A stretch of 64,000 nt of DNA from Octopus sinensis (taxonomy: Eukaryota), in assembly GCF_006345805.1 (NCBI RefSeq), contig NC_043017.1, positions 8,122,001-8,186,000 on the forward strand. The letters run 5' to 3'. The notes below the pieces were generated by a model. That model was not told where the DNA came from and searched no databases. It was given only the letters and a program-made list of their open reading frames with translations. Each line of letters starts with the position of its first letter. Position 1 is the stretch's first letter. Position numbers and translations under genes: made by a program. Positions 12,969-23,900 of the stretch are shown in pieces.

Positions 12969-13646
12969 GTAAACTAGAGCTATACAGTATATGCATCTAA
13001 CTTTTACTGGCTCTTCTTCTTCTTCTTCTTCTTCTTCTTCTTCTTCTTCTTCTTCTTCTTCTTCTTCTTCTTCTTTTTCTTCTTCTTGAAAAGGAAGGTG
13101 TTTCTCTCATAAAAGTTTCAATAAAAGGTGGGTGGATGTAGCAAAGATGGTACACATGAATGATGAAACCACTTTAAGCATGATCCTATAACTCAAAAAA
13201 AGAGAGAGAACGCTTTGCTCTCATGTGTTTCTTTCCCTGCCTGAAAGAAACACATGATGCTTTCATTTTTATATCTGTCAAATTTTTTTACAAGGCTTCA
13301 GTCAGACCAAGGCTGTAGTTGAAAACACATTACCAAAGTGTTGTACAGTAGAACTGAACCCAAGATCATACAGTTGGGAAGCAACTGAGTGGACTGAGAC
13401 AACATGAAATAAAGTGTCTTGTTCAAGGACACAATGTGCTGCCTAGAATCAAACTCACAACCTTACAACCTTGAGCCAAATACCCAAACCACTAAGCCAT
13501 GTGAAGGCACATGGCTTCATATAGTTATATATTAGAGAGAGCTAAGATAATTTCAAGCTTTGTTCTCCCTGAAATATTTCTTGTTGTGTCTTGCTAAACT
13601 TCTTTACAACTAAGTTTTACCTATTCTTCTGTTTCTACTTCTCCAG

Positions 13647-13851
13647 GAAACACATCCCCAACAATTATATAGAAACTGATAGTTCATCTGACTCCAGTTT
13701 TGAAGACCGAGAATCTTATAAGAAACAGCTGAAACTTCAAGATGAACTCAAATGCTTGGAAAAGACTCTGTTTAAACGACAGGCCCAGCTAAAGGATGCA
13801 GACGCACAACTCAAAGAATACAAACAGAATTTAAATGAGGCAAAATTACAG
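13647..13851 (+). CDS. CNTRL: Centriolin-like exon (KHIPNNYIETD...DELKCLEKTLFKRQAQLKDADAQLKEYKQNLNEAKLQ)
   Basis: Acceptor ctccag, weak donor gttcaa, phase 2/0; resembles centriolin DEIECIEKTLLKRRSELREAD. Confidence 0.88.
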
Positions 13852-14236
13852 GTTCAAAGATTCTTAATACAATTTCAGTTGTTGCTTAATCTTGAGGTTT
13901 TGGTACTTCTAAGTTTGGACATAATGCTGTAGGCATCCTGAATGGGATGCCAATTCATTGCAGGGTTCAAAGCTGTCTGTCTATCTAACTATCTATTTAT
14001 TATCTGTCTGCCTACCTGTGTATCTATCTATGTACCTACCTACCTATATATATATATTTTTTTTTTTTACATACAAAATTTAAAGGATTTTGACGTCTAT
14101 ATCTAGCATATTGACCATCCACTTTTAGTGGTCAGTCATTTAAATTTTGTATGTAAAAAATATTTTAATCTTCGGATTTTTTTAATATGCTAGGCCACTG
14201 GTTTTAATTGATTAATATCAATTTCTACCCTTATTC

Positions 14237-14310
<74 letters not shown>

Positions 14311-14524
14311 TATAATATATCAAGCTCCACTGTCTGTCTTGGCATTGTTTTTTTTATGGCTGGACAGCCTTTCTTCCTAATGCACCACTACAGAGTGGAC
14401 TAGATGCTTTTTATGTAGCACCAGCACACACACACACATACATATGTATTTGTCTATCTCTCTGTCTTTCTGTTGTCTGCCTCTCAACCTTGAAATTCCA
14501 TAGCCACATGTTTTTGTCTTTCAG

Positions 14525-14731
14525 GCTGAAGAAACAGTTAGAAAACATGACAGTGCTTCTTCCTCTTTGCACACTGTCAGGAAAGAGACTCGAGAACTGG
14601 AAGAACGTGCAAACAAGGCAGGGCTACAAGTTATCACAGAATCCGGGAACCTGAAGAGGATTAAGACAGAATACAAAGAGATGCAGCAGAAAAAAAGCAC
14701 ATTGGAGAAAGTACTGGCAGATATAAATGTG
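14525..14731 (+). CDS. CNTRL: Centriolin-like exon (AEETVRKHDSASSSLHTVRKETRELEERANKAGLQV...EKVLADINV)
   Basis: Acceptor tttcag, donor gtcagt, phase 0/0. Confidence 0.88.
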
Positions 14732-15182
14732 GTCAGTTGACATATTTGATGTGTTGTGGTGCAGGTCATATAGATTCCGGTTTGATTTGTATAGTGACAG
14801 AATGGGCAAGTGTCTTCTACTATGGCTTTGGGTTGACTAATGTCTTGTGAGTAAAATTTGCTGAGTAGAAACTGTATAAAACTCTATTGCGTGCAAGTGT
14901 GTATGTATATGTATGTGCATAAGGATACACAGCATAGTTAGGATGACACACATGACTATATATACACACACTGAAACACATGACAATATATACACACATA
15001 ATGAAACACATGACCATATATACACACACTGAAACATATGACCATATATATACACACACTTTACACCACACAAGGACACATATGGAGACAATGAAAAAGA
15101 CAACAAAGATGTTGTTGTTGTCATTATTGTTGTCGTTGTCATTCATCATGTTTAAACCATGTACCATCTGTACTTATTTCAG

Positions 15183-15247
15183 ATCATTAGTGAAAAAGAT
15201 ATGGAATTTCGAAAGCTTGATAGTAAAATCCAAACCTCAAATCAAAG
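15183..15247 (+). CDS. CNTRL: Centriolin-like exon (IISEKDMEFRKLDSKIQTSNQ) with GC donor
   Basis: Acceptor tttcag; only the AG|gcaagc donor gives the phase 2 needed by the next exon; resembles centriolin IVAAKDSDF. Confidence 0.8.
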
Positions 15248-15952
15248 GCAAGCATGTTGAATTTTTAAAATATTTTCTGTCTTTTTTTCTTTTGTCTTTT
15301 TAATTTGAAAGAACTGTATAATATGGGTTTCAAAATTTGGCACAATGCCAGCAAGTTTGGAGGAGGGTGTGGGTCAATTACATCACCTGCAATGATCAAC
15401 TGGTACTTATTTTATCACCTCCAAAAGAATGAAAGGCAAAGTCGACCTTGGTGGAATTTGAACTCAGATGAGGTCGACTTAGCCTTTCATCCTTTTGGGG
15501 GTCGATAAATTAAGTACCAGTTACGCACTGGGGTCAATGTAATCGACTTAATACCTTTGTCTATCCTTGTTTGTCCCCTCTATGTTTAGCCCCTTGTGGG
15601 CAATAAAGAAATAAGAATGTAAAGACAGATGAAAAACTGCTAAGCATTTTGGTTGGCATAGTTAAAATGCTGCCAGAAACCAAATAACTGAATAATATTG
15701 TACAGAATACAAACTATTATATTGTGATGAATAAGGTGGTGAACTGGCAGAAATACTTGTATGTAGGACAAAATGCTTAGCAGCATTTTTTCTAGCTCTT
15801 TATGTTTTGAGCTAATATACCACCAAGGTCAATTTTGATCTCCATCTTTCTGTGGCAGACAACATATAATACCAATCAAACACTGGGATTGATAAAATCA
15901 ACTAACTTGTACCCTACTGGCTTTGTGGCTCATCATCATCATCATCGTTTAA

Positions 15953-16172
15953 CCCTTTCGTTACCAACCCGGCTGAAACCGGCTCTGGCTCTGAGTACAA
16001 ATGTCTTGTTTTCATAAGTTTTGAATTAAAATCTTCCACCAAACCTTAGTCACAATTTATGTTCCTAACACTGGCTGAATGATAACTAAGTTATTTTACT
16101 AAATTCTTTGTTAGATTTAAAATAATTGAAAGAAACACAGAGCATCTCAGCAGAAATACGGTAACAAAAGGG
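15953..16172. mobile_element. piggyBac-like MITE family D copy inserted in the TTAA of a SINE
   Basis: CCCTTTCG...AAAAGGG termini; the interrupted SINE (catcatcgtttaa|catccattttccatgc) resumes after it. Confidence 0.78.
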
Positions 16173-16351
16173 TGAACATCCATTTTCCATGCTAGCATGG
16201 GTTGGATGGTTCGACTAGGGTCTGGAAAGCCAGGAGGCTGCACCAGACTCCAGTCTTATCTGGCAGTGTTTCTTACAGCTAGATGCCCAAATAATTATTA
16301 TGAAAAAAGTTTACAAATGAATATATGAAACAGTTTTCTTTTTTATTATAG

Positions 16352-16478
16352 GCTACAATTGGTGCAGAGAGAGCTGACAGTGACCTCTGAAGCAGAGAGA
16401 GAAGCTACAAAGTCTTTGATAAATTCTAAAGAAACATTAGAAAAGACAAAATTGGAGATCAGCAAATTAAGAGAACAG
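16352..16478 (+). CDS. CNTRL: Centriolin-like exon (LQLVQRELTVTSEAEREATKSLINSKETLEKTKLEISKLREQ)
   Basis: Acceptor ttatag, donor gtataa, phase 2/0. Confidence 0.85.
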
Positions 16479-16820
16479 GTATAAACTATTTACTTTTTAA
16501 CCTTTCGTTGTTGCTTAGAGAGCAAAACATAGCATGTCTTTGGGTAGTGGTCTTTTTAACAGAATTCACTCTGTTGCTAGTATTCAATTCTAATGGTCCC
16601 ATTAGTACCCTCTCAGCCCATGTTTTCCATGGCTAAGTATAGAAGTAGTATTGCTATTGTTAAGTAGGTTACAAAATTTTTCAGAGAAAATGGGGTGAAA
16701 CGGGGTCAGATGTTTGTGCTTCCCATGTCTTTCTGTATCTCTTGATGCAATAAAATTATCGTTTATTCATTTATTTATTTTCAAATTCTACTTTTGTACT
16801 TTTCTTTTCCTTGAATCCAG

Positions 16821-16826
16821 AGGCAG
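16821..16826 (+). CDS. CNTRL: Candidate 6-nt in-frame microexon AGGCAG (Arg-Gln)
   Basis: Long pyrimidine tract cttttgtacttttcttttccttgaatccag, then AGGCAG, then consensus donor gtgagt; phase 0/0 inside a phase-0 intron. Confidence 0.45.
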
Positions 16827-17499
16827 GTGAGTGTATATACAAGATATTTCATATGTGTGTATGTGTGCATGTGTATGTGTGTGTGCGTGTGCATGTGCAT
16901 GTGTACATACATGTACATTGGGGCATCACATTTATCATTATTATTTAATGTTTCTTCCATGTATATTTATTGCATGACATAGTATTTGATATCTTTTGCA
17001 TGTCATATTGCTTGTGTTCACACCAATTTTTTTATATAGCACTTATAAACACAGTGGCTTACCTTGCATGAATCTTTATTTCATATCACATGGCATGATG
17101 CAGTTATATAAGGTTTATATTACTTCATATTATATCATGCACATATTGCATATACACACAGAAAAAAATTCAATGCACACACAGTACACACAATGCACAC
17201 ACAACATACACAAGCTTATGCAAATTTTCACATACAGATACATACCCATACATATATACACACTTACACACATTTTCATGCACTTTTGATGCATTTGTTG
17301 TGATAATGTTTTATTGTCACATTTACTATGTGACATTTTTTTCCTAACCCATTTTTGAATGATGTATTAATTAGATAATGTATGTAAGCCTTCGATTACT
17401 TTATGTCTTAAATCTTTGCCTGAGCAAAGCATTTTCATAATTTTGTCCTGAATGTTTTTAACACAGTGCTCCAGTATGGCTGCAGTCCTACAACACTAG

Positions 17500-17960
17500 A
17501 GAAATATGTTCTGTGTATCACATGTGGTAAACAGGACAGGCAAAATTGGGAATGTGTATCATATATGATGCTTAGATGCCAGGGAAATAAATATGTCCAT
17601 GTATCATATACATGTAGCCCATGTATATGTCCTGGACAGGCTAAATTGAGAACATGTATCATATAAGATGCATGGACACCAGGGAGATATGTCCTGGATA
17701 TCACATAGTAACAGGACAGGCAAAATTGGGAATGTGTATCATATATGATGCATGGATACCAGGGAGATATGTCCTGGATATCACGTGGTAAAGAGGACAG
17801 GCAAAATTGGGAATGTGTATCATATATGACACCAGGGAGATATGTCCTGGATATCACATGTGATAAACAGGACAGGCAAAATTGGGATCATGTATTATAT
17901 AAGATGCATGAACACCAGGGAAATATGTCCTGGGTATTACATGTGGTAAACAGGACATAT
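17500..17960. repeat. Tandem repeat of about 80 bp, 5-6 copies
   Basis: GGACAGGC(A/T)AAATTG at about 17534, 17634, 17714, 17795 and 17870. Confidence 0.9.
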
Positions 17961-18190
17961 TTCCTTGTGTTAAAGTAAAGACAGGATAGGAACTGTTGAA
18001 GTGTGTCTGTAGCTTAGTTCCCATGTTAGGGTCTGATCAGTTGAATCAGGTCCTTACTTTGGCTGCTAAGCAATGGCAGCAGTAGCAGCAGCATCAACAA
18101 CAACTGCAACACCACTACCATCCCACCTTATAATAGCAACATCAAAAACAGAATAGCAACAGTAACAAGAGCAGCAGCAACAGCATCAAC

Positions 18191-18860
18191 AGAAGAAGAA
18201 GAAGAAGAAGAAGAAGAAGAAGAAGAGGGAGGAGGAGGAGGAGGAGGAAAAGAAGAAGAAGGGGGAGGAGGAGGAGGAGGAAAAGAAGAAGGAGGCGGAG
18301 GAAGAGGAGGAAAAGAAGAAGGAGGCGGAGGAAGAGGAGGAAAAGAAGAAGGAGGCAGAGGAAGAGGAGGAAAAGAAGAAGGAGGCGGAGGAAGAGGAGG
18401 CGGAGGAAGAGGAGGAAAAGAAGAAGAAGAAGAAGAAGAAGAAGGAGGAGGAGGAGGAAAAGAAGAAGAAGAAGGAGAAGAAGAAGAAGAAGAAGAAGGA
18501 GAACAAGAAGGAGAACAAGAACAACAACAACAATGAGAAGAAGAACAATGAGAAGAAGAAGAAGAAGAAGAAGAAAAATAAGAAGAAGAAGAACAATGAA
18601 AAGAAGAAGAAGAAGAAGATAAAGAAGAAGAAGAAGAAGAAGAAGAAGAAAAAGAAGAAGAAGGCTGATGATGATGAAGATGATGATGATGAGGAGGAGG
18701 ACAGGAAGGAGAAGGACGACAACGACAACAACAACAACAATTGCAGTATTTTCAACTGAAGAGCAACAGCAGCACAGGAACAACAACAACAACTGCAAAA
18801 CTGTAAGCAGCAACAGCATAGCAACAAGAACAACAACAGCAACAACAACGATGGTTGTTG
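18191..18860 (+). repeat. Purine-rich (GAA/GAG)n tract with 30-bp internal units, grading into (CAA)n
   Basis: Direct reading. Confidence 0.95.
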
Positions 18861-19099
18861 CAGTGTCATTACACAGCTGTGTCTGTCTATGAAATGAAAC
18901 CATTGTTAAATGCTTTAAATGGTTTCATAGAATTCTTAACCTATTTCACCATGAAGAACTTGTCGCTAAAATGTTAATCGGTTTTCTTTATAATCCAAAT
19001 TACATTTATTTCAAAAGTCTTTCTCGTCGAATTATCCACTCCAGCATCATCAACTGGCAGCTGTCATAAAGGAACAGCAACAACAACAACAATCAGTCG

Positions 19100-19336
19100 A
19101 TGATAATAATAATAATAATAATTATTTCAAATTTTTGCCATAAGGGCAGCTTGCGGGATGTGGGTAATTGACAATTACATCAACCCCAGGGATTAACTGG
19201 TACTTATTTAATAGACCCCAAAAGGTCGAAAGGCAAAGTTGACCTTGGCAGAATTTGAACTCAGAACGTAGTGGCAGGTGAAATACTGCTAAGCATTTTG
19301 CCCGGCGTGCTGACGATTCTGCCAGCTTGCCGCCTT

Positions 19337-19391
<55 letters not shown>

Positions 19392-20640
19392 TTTTCCTAC
19401 TGTTGGCACAAGTCCAACAATTTTAGAAGCGGGACAAGTTGATTGCATTGACTCCAGTGCTCAACAGTACTTATTTTTAAAGACCCCCAAAAAGGTGAAA
19501 GACAAAGTTGACCTTGGAGGGATTTGAACTCAGAATGCAAACAGATGAAATGCAGCTAAGAATTTAGTCCAATGTGCTAACTATTCTATCAGCTTGCCAC
19601 CTTATCAAAATGTTAATAAAAATGGTTTCAAATTTTGGCACAGGGCCAATAATTTCAGGGAAGGCTATAAGTCTATTACATTGACCCCCAGCGCTCAACT
19701 GGTACTTATTTAATCAACCTCAAAATGATGAAAAGTAAAGCTGACCTTGGTGTAATTTGAACTCAGAACATAAAAACAGATGAAATGTTGCTAAGCATTT
19801 TGCCTAGCGTGCCACCTTATCAATAATAATAACAATAAGGGTTTCAAATTTTGGAACCAAGCCAGCAATTTTGAGTGGAAGGGTTTAGTTAATACCATTC
19901 ACCACAGTATTTGAATGGTGCTTATTCTATTGATCCCAAAAGGAGGAAAAACGAAGTTGGCCATGGCAGTGTTTGAGCTCAGAATGTAAGGAACTGGAGG
20001 AAATGCCACTAAGCATTTTGTTTGACACGTTAACAATTTTGCCAGCTCATAGCCTTTAAAGGTGATAATTCTTTCCAATTTTGGCACAAGGCCAGCAATT
20101 TTGAGGGGAAGGGCAAATTGATCACATCAATCTCAGTACTTGTCTGGTATTTTATTTTATTGACCCCTTCCCCCACAAAAGGATGAACGGCAACGCTGAC
20201 CAAGACAGTAAAGAGCTGGAAGAAATGCTGCTTAGCCCTTTGTCCAGTGCATTAATAATTTTATTGGCTCACAGCCTCTGAAGGTGATAATAATTCTTGC
20301 TAATTTTTGCACAAGGCCAGTAATTTTGGGTGGAGGGGCAGAGGGTTAGTCAGCCCTAGTGCTTGCCCAGTGCTTATTTTACTGACCCCCAAAAGGATGA
20401 AAGACAAAGTTGACCATGGCAACATTTAATATCAGAATAATAATTCTTTCTAATTTTGACACAAGACAAGCAATTTTAGTCAGTTGCTTTAATCCCAGTC
20501 ACTGACTTGTACTTTATTTTATCGATCCTGAAAGGATGAAAGGCAAAGTCGACCATGGTGGTATTTGAGCTCAGAAGGTAAAAAAGAAATGCTACTTCAC
20601 ATTTTGTCCAACACATTAATGGTTTTAGCAGTTCAGTTTT
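19100..20640 (-). mobile_element. Head-to-tail array of about 7 family-A SINEs mostly separated by (AAT)n runs
   Basis: The block gacccc..aaagg.tgaaaggcaaagt.gacc..ggc.g.atttgaactcagaa recurs every 190-240 bp. Confidence 0.85.
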
Positions 20641-20761
20641 AAACACTTTAGCATTTAAACTGGTCATATCCAGCCCAAATATTCTACTTGTCTTATCTTC
20701 AAACTGGCCAGATCCAGCCTCTCACACATACTTGGCTATATCATTCTAAAAATAACAATCA

Positions 20762-21157
20762 GGAGTGGCTGTGTGGTAAGTAGCTTGCTTACCAACCACA
20801 TGGTTCCGGGTTCAGTCCCACTGCATGGCACCTTGGGCAAGTGTTTTCTACTATAGCCTTGGGCTGACCAAAGCCATGTGAGTGGGTTTGGTAGACGGAA
20901 ACTGAAAGAAGCCTGTTGTATATATGTATATGTATAGATATATGTGTGTGTGTTTGTGTCTGTGTTTGTCCCCATAACATCGCTTGACAACCGATGATGG
21001 TGTGTTTACGTCCCCGTAACTTAGCAGTTTGGCAAAAGAGATCGATAGAATAAGTACTAGGCTTACAAAGAATAAGTCCTGGGGCTGATTTGCTCGACTA
21101 AAGGTGGTGCTCCAGCATGACCACACAAATGACTGAAACAAGTAAAAGAGTAAAAGG
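20762..21157 (+). mobile_element. Full-length SINE family B (tRNA-like head, CCTTGGGCAAGTG core, (TG)n middle, GTAAAAGA tail)
   Basis: The same modules recur many times, e.g. 9662-10200, 23040-23210, 28200-28620, 40765-41165, 51270-51610. Confidence 0.85.
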
Positions 21158-21204
21158 GAGAGAGCAAATCTTAAAGCTACAAAATAACACAGTATTAACT
21201 CGAA

Positions 21205-21423
21205 CCCTTTTGCATTTAAACTGGCAACATTTAGTCAGAATATTCTTTTTGTTTATGATCAAACTGGCCAGAACCAGTCTTTCACACTAGCCTACCGTGT
21301 TAGCTTTAAAAATTTACAGTCGTATTATCAAAATCTGGAGGCTACCAGAAAATGCAGGATAAATTCAAAACAATGTGAATAAATAAGCATTACATTTGAC
21401 AAAATAATCTGAATGCTAAAGGG
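21205..21423. mobile_element. piggyBac-like MITE family E
   Basis: CCCTTTTGCATTTAAA...GAATGCTAAAGGG|TTAA; other copies at about 41320-41539 (opposite orientation) and partial copies at 20645-20760 and 32310-32470. Confidence 0.7.
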
Positions 21424-21427
21424 TTAA

Positions 21428-21649
21428 CCCTTTCGTTACCAACCCGGCTGAAACAGGCTCTGGATCTGTAGTACAAAGGTCTTGTTTTCATAAGTTTTGA
21501 ATTAAAATCTTCTACCAAACTTTAGTCACAATTTATGTTCCTAACCCTAGCTGAATGATAACTAAGTTATTTTACTAAATTCTTTGTTATATCTAAAATT
21601 AATTGAAAGAAACACAGAGCATCTCAACAGAAATACAGTAACGAAAGGG
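21428..21649. mobile_element. piggyBac-like MITE family D
   Basis: TTAA|CCCTTTCGTTAC...GTAACGAAAGGG|TTAA; further copies at 15953-16172, about 30516-30698 and 43992-44211. Confidence 0.8.
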
Positions 21650-22134
21650 TTAAAGGTGATAATAATTCTTTCTGATTTTAGTCTACACACCAGTTCTAAA
21701 GAGTGACACAAATGGTAAAGATTTTAGACAGAAGATACTTTATGTATGTTTGCTTATATTCTTTTAATTTCTCTGTTCAAATTCCAACAGGATACACTTT
21801 GCTTTTCATCCTTCTGTGGTCAAGAAAATGTAAGTAGCAGGAAAATAAGTGCCCCATGGTCAAATCAATTGACTCTACTCTTCCCTTAGATATTTTGTGA
21901 CTTTGTATTAAAGTTAGAAGTCAATGGTTCAGTCCATCAATATAAGTAAATGTTGTTGTTAGTGGTGGTGGTGTGGTTGTGTTTATTTTGTTGGTGTTGT
22001 ACTTGATGTTGTGGTTATGGGAAGTGGTGTTCTTGATTTTGTTGTTGTTGTTTTGGTGGTGGTGTGGTGGTGGTAGGGTGTTGATGTTTTCATTGTTTCC
22101 GTTGGTGTTGTTTTTGGTGATGATGGTAGTAATG

Positions 22135-22720
22135 TTGTCTTTTCCTCCTTCTCCTCCTCTTTCTCCTCTTTTTCCTTCTCTTCCCCCTCTTCCTCCTCTT
22201 CATTCTCCTCTTTTTCCTTCTCTTTCTCCTCTTCATTCTCCTCTTTCTCCTCTTCATTCTCCTGTTTCTCCTCCTCTTTTTCCTTCTCTTCCTCCTCTTC
22301 ATTCTCCTCTTTCTCCTCTTCATTCTCCTCTTTTTCCTTCTCTTTCTCCTCTTCATTCTCCTCTTTCTCCTCTTCATTCTCCTGTTTCTCCTCCTCTTTC
22401 TCCTTCTCTTCCTCCTCTTCATTCTCCTCTTTCTCCTCTTCATTCTCCTCTTTTTCCTTCTCTTCCCCCTCTTCCTCCTCTTCATTCTCCTCTTTCTCCT
22501 CCTCCTTCTCTTCTTTCTCCTCCTCTTCCTTCTACTTCTTCTTTCTCCTCCTCTTCCTTCTACTTCTTCTTTCTCCTCCTCTTCCTTCTACTTCTTCTTT
22601 CTCCCCCTCCTCTTCCTTATAATTTTCCTCCTCTTCGTCTTTCTCCCCCCTCCTCCATCTCCTTCACCTCCTCCTGTCCTCCCTCTTCTCCTCCTCTGTT
22701 TCCTCGTTTTTATTGTCTTC
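22135..22720 (+). repeat. Pyrimidine-rich (CTT/CCT)n tract with 21-bp units CATTCTCCTCTTTCTCCTCTT
   Basis: Direct reading. Confidence 0.95.
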
Positions 22721-23258
22721 AGTTTATTGTCTCCTACCTCGTTACTCCCACATCAAAACTAGACATTAAGAAACGCCATCAATCCCCAATATTTAAACAG
22801 TTGTCAAATGTTGACATTATTGATGCCTTTGGTAAATAAGACAAGGAATTCAGAGGTGGGGATGGGAATGAGGACAGGCTAATACAAGGAGTAGGACTTA
22901 TTGATTAAAAATAAAGATGAAGACATAATTTGAAATGGGAGTTTGACAGATCAGAACAATTGATTTCTGTATAATTATATATACACACATATCTTTTTAC
23001 AGTATACAGGGTGTTCATAAATTATCTTTACAACCTAGGCATGGGTGTGGCTGTGTGGTAAAAAGCTTGCTTCCTAACCACATCGTTCCTGGTTCAGTCC
23101 CACTGCATGCCACTTTGAATGAGTGTTTTCTACTATAACATAACCACAGGTCAACCAAGGCCTTGTGGGTGGATTTGGTAGAAGGAAACTGACACAAGCC
23201 CATCATGTATGTGTGTGTGTGTTGTGTGTATTACATAATGTGATATAGCATCACATAA

Positions 23259-23408
23259 TGTGGAAGACAACTGGAGGTTTCTACATGAGAACCTGTTGAG
23301 AGTCACTAACCAGATCTGTGGATGGTGCAAAGTCCCCTCTCAACCCAAGGTAATGTGGTGGTGGAACAATGTAGTTGGCAGGGCCATTAGGGAAAAGAAA
23401 CAGGCATG
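23259..23408 (+). mobile_element. LINE ORF2 internal fragment (endonuclease-RT linker)
   Basis: NQICGWCK..PKVMWWWNNVVGRAIREKKQA, a WWN-type motif typical of RTE/CR1-like ORF2. Confidence 0.55.
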
Positions 23409-23490
23409 TCAGACCCTGAAACCTGTTGGCTTAAGATCTCTTCAAAATATATTTTGAAGAGGTCTTAAGCCAACAGGTTTAAGGGTCTGA
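23409..23490. repeat. Near-perfect 82-bp palindrome
   Basis: 41-bp arms with 39/41 complementarity, centred on TTCAAAATATATTTTGAA. Confidence 0.95.
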
Positions 23491-23735
23491 TAATATGCCA
23501 TAAAGGTAAACACTTTATGGATGGGAAACCCAGAGTAATCCCATAAACCAGCCTTCCCTAGTAAAAGAGACATACTGTTCTACATCTTAGAGTGTGCTTG
23601 GTAAGAAGAGAGGGTTTTTTGGAAAGGAAAAGGGAAAAGTCCAAAGAAGGAAAAAAATTACCAAAAGCATGTGTGTAGTTACATTGCTGTATGTATATAT
23701 GTATGTATGTATAATTATATATGCATATTTTTAAG

Positions 23736-23900
23736 GGTGAAATCCTGGCCTTGCAAGTAAAAGACTTAAATAAGCATGTGTGTCAAAAACAGAAAGAACT
23801 ATCAAACATACAAGAGGACCTGGGAAGGAAGAAGTCAGACATTGACAATTTATTGAGGGAAGCACAAACGGCAGTTGTATTAAAACAGAGAGAGCTAAAG
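23736..23900 (+). CDS. CNTRL: Centriolin-like exon (GEILALQVKDLNKHVCQKQKELSNIQEDLGRKKSDIDNLLREAQTAVVLKQRELK)
   Basis: Acceptor tttaag, donor gtaagt, phase 0/0. Confidence 0.85.

Noticed and set aside
17500-17960. Regular repeats as a possible CRISPR-like array (also 10780-11510 and 19100-20640)
   Set aside because: Eukaryotic intronic context, no unique spacers between identical repeats, and no cas genes.
18142-18903. Long ORFs (poly-Leu, poly-Phe/Ser) and the mirror ORFs at 21973-22839 and 22090-22485
   Set aside because: They are translations of GAA/CTT simple repeats inside an intron, with no splice signals or homology.
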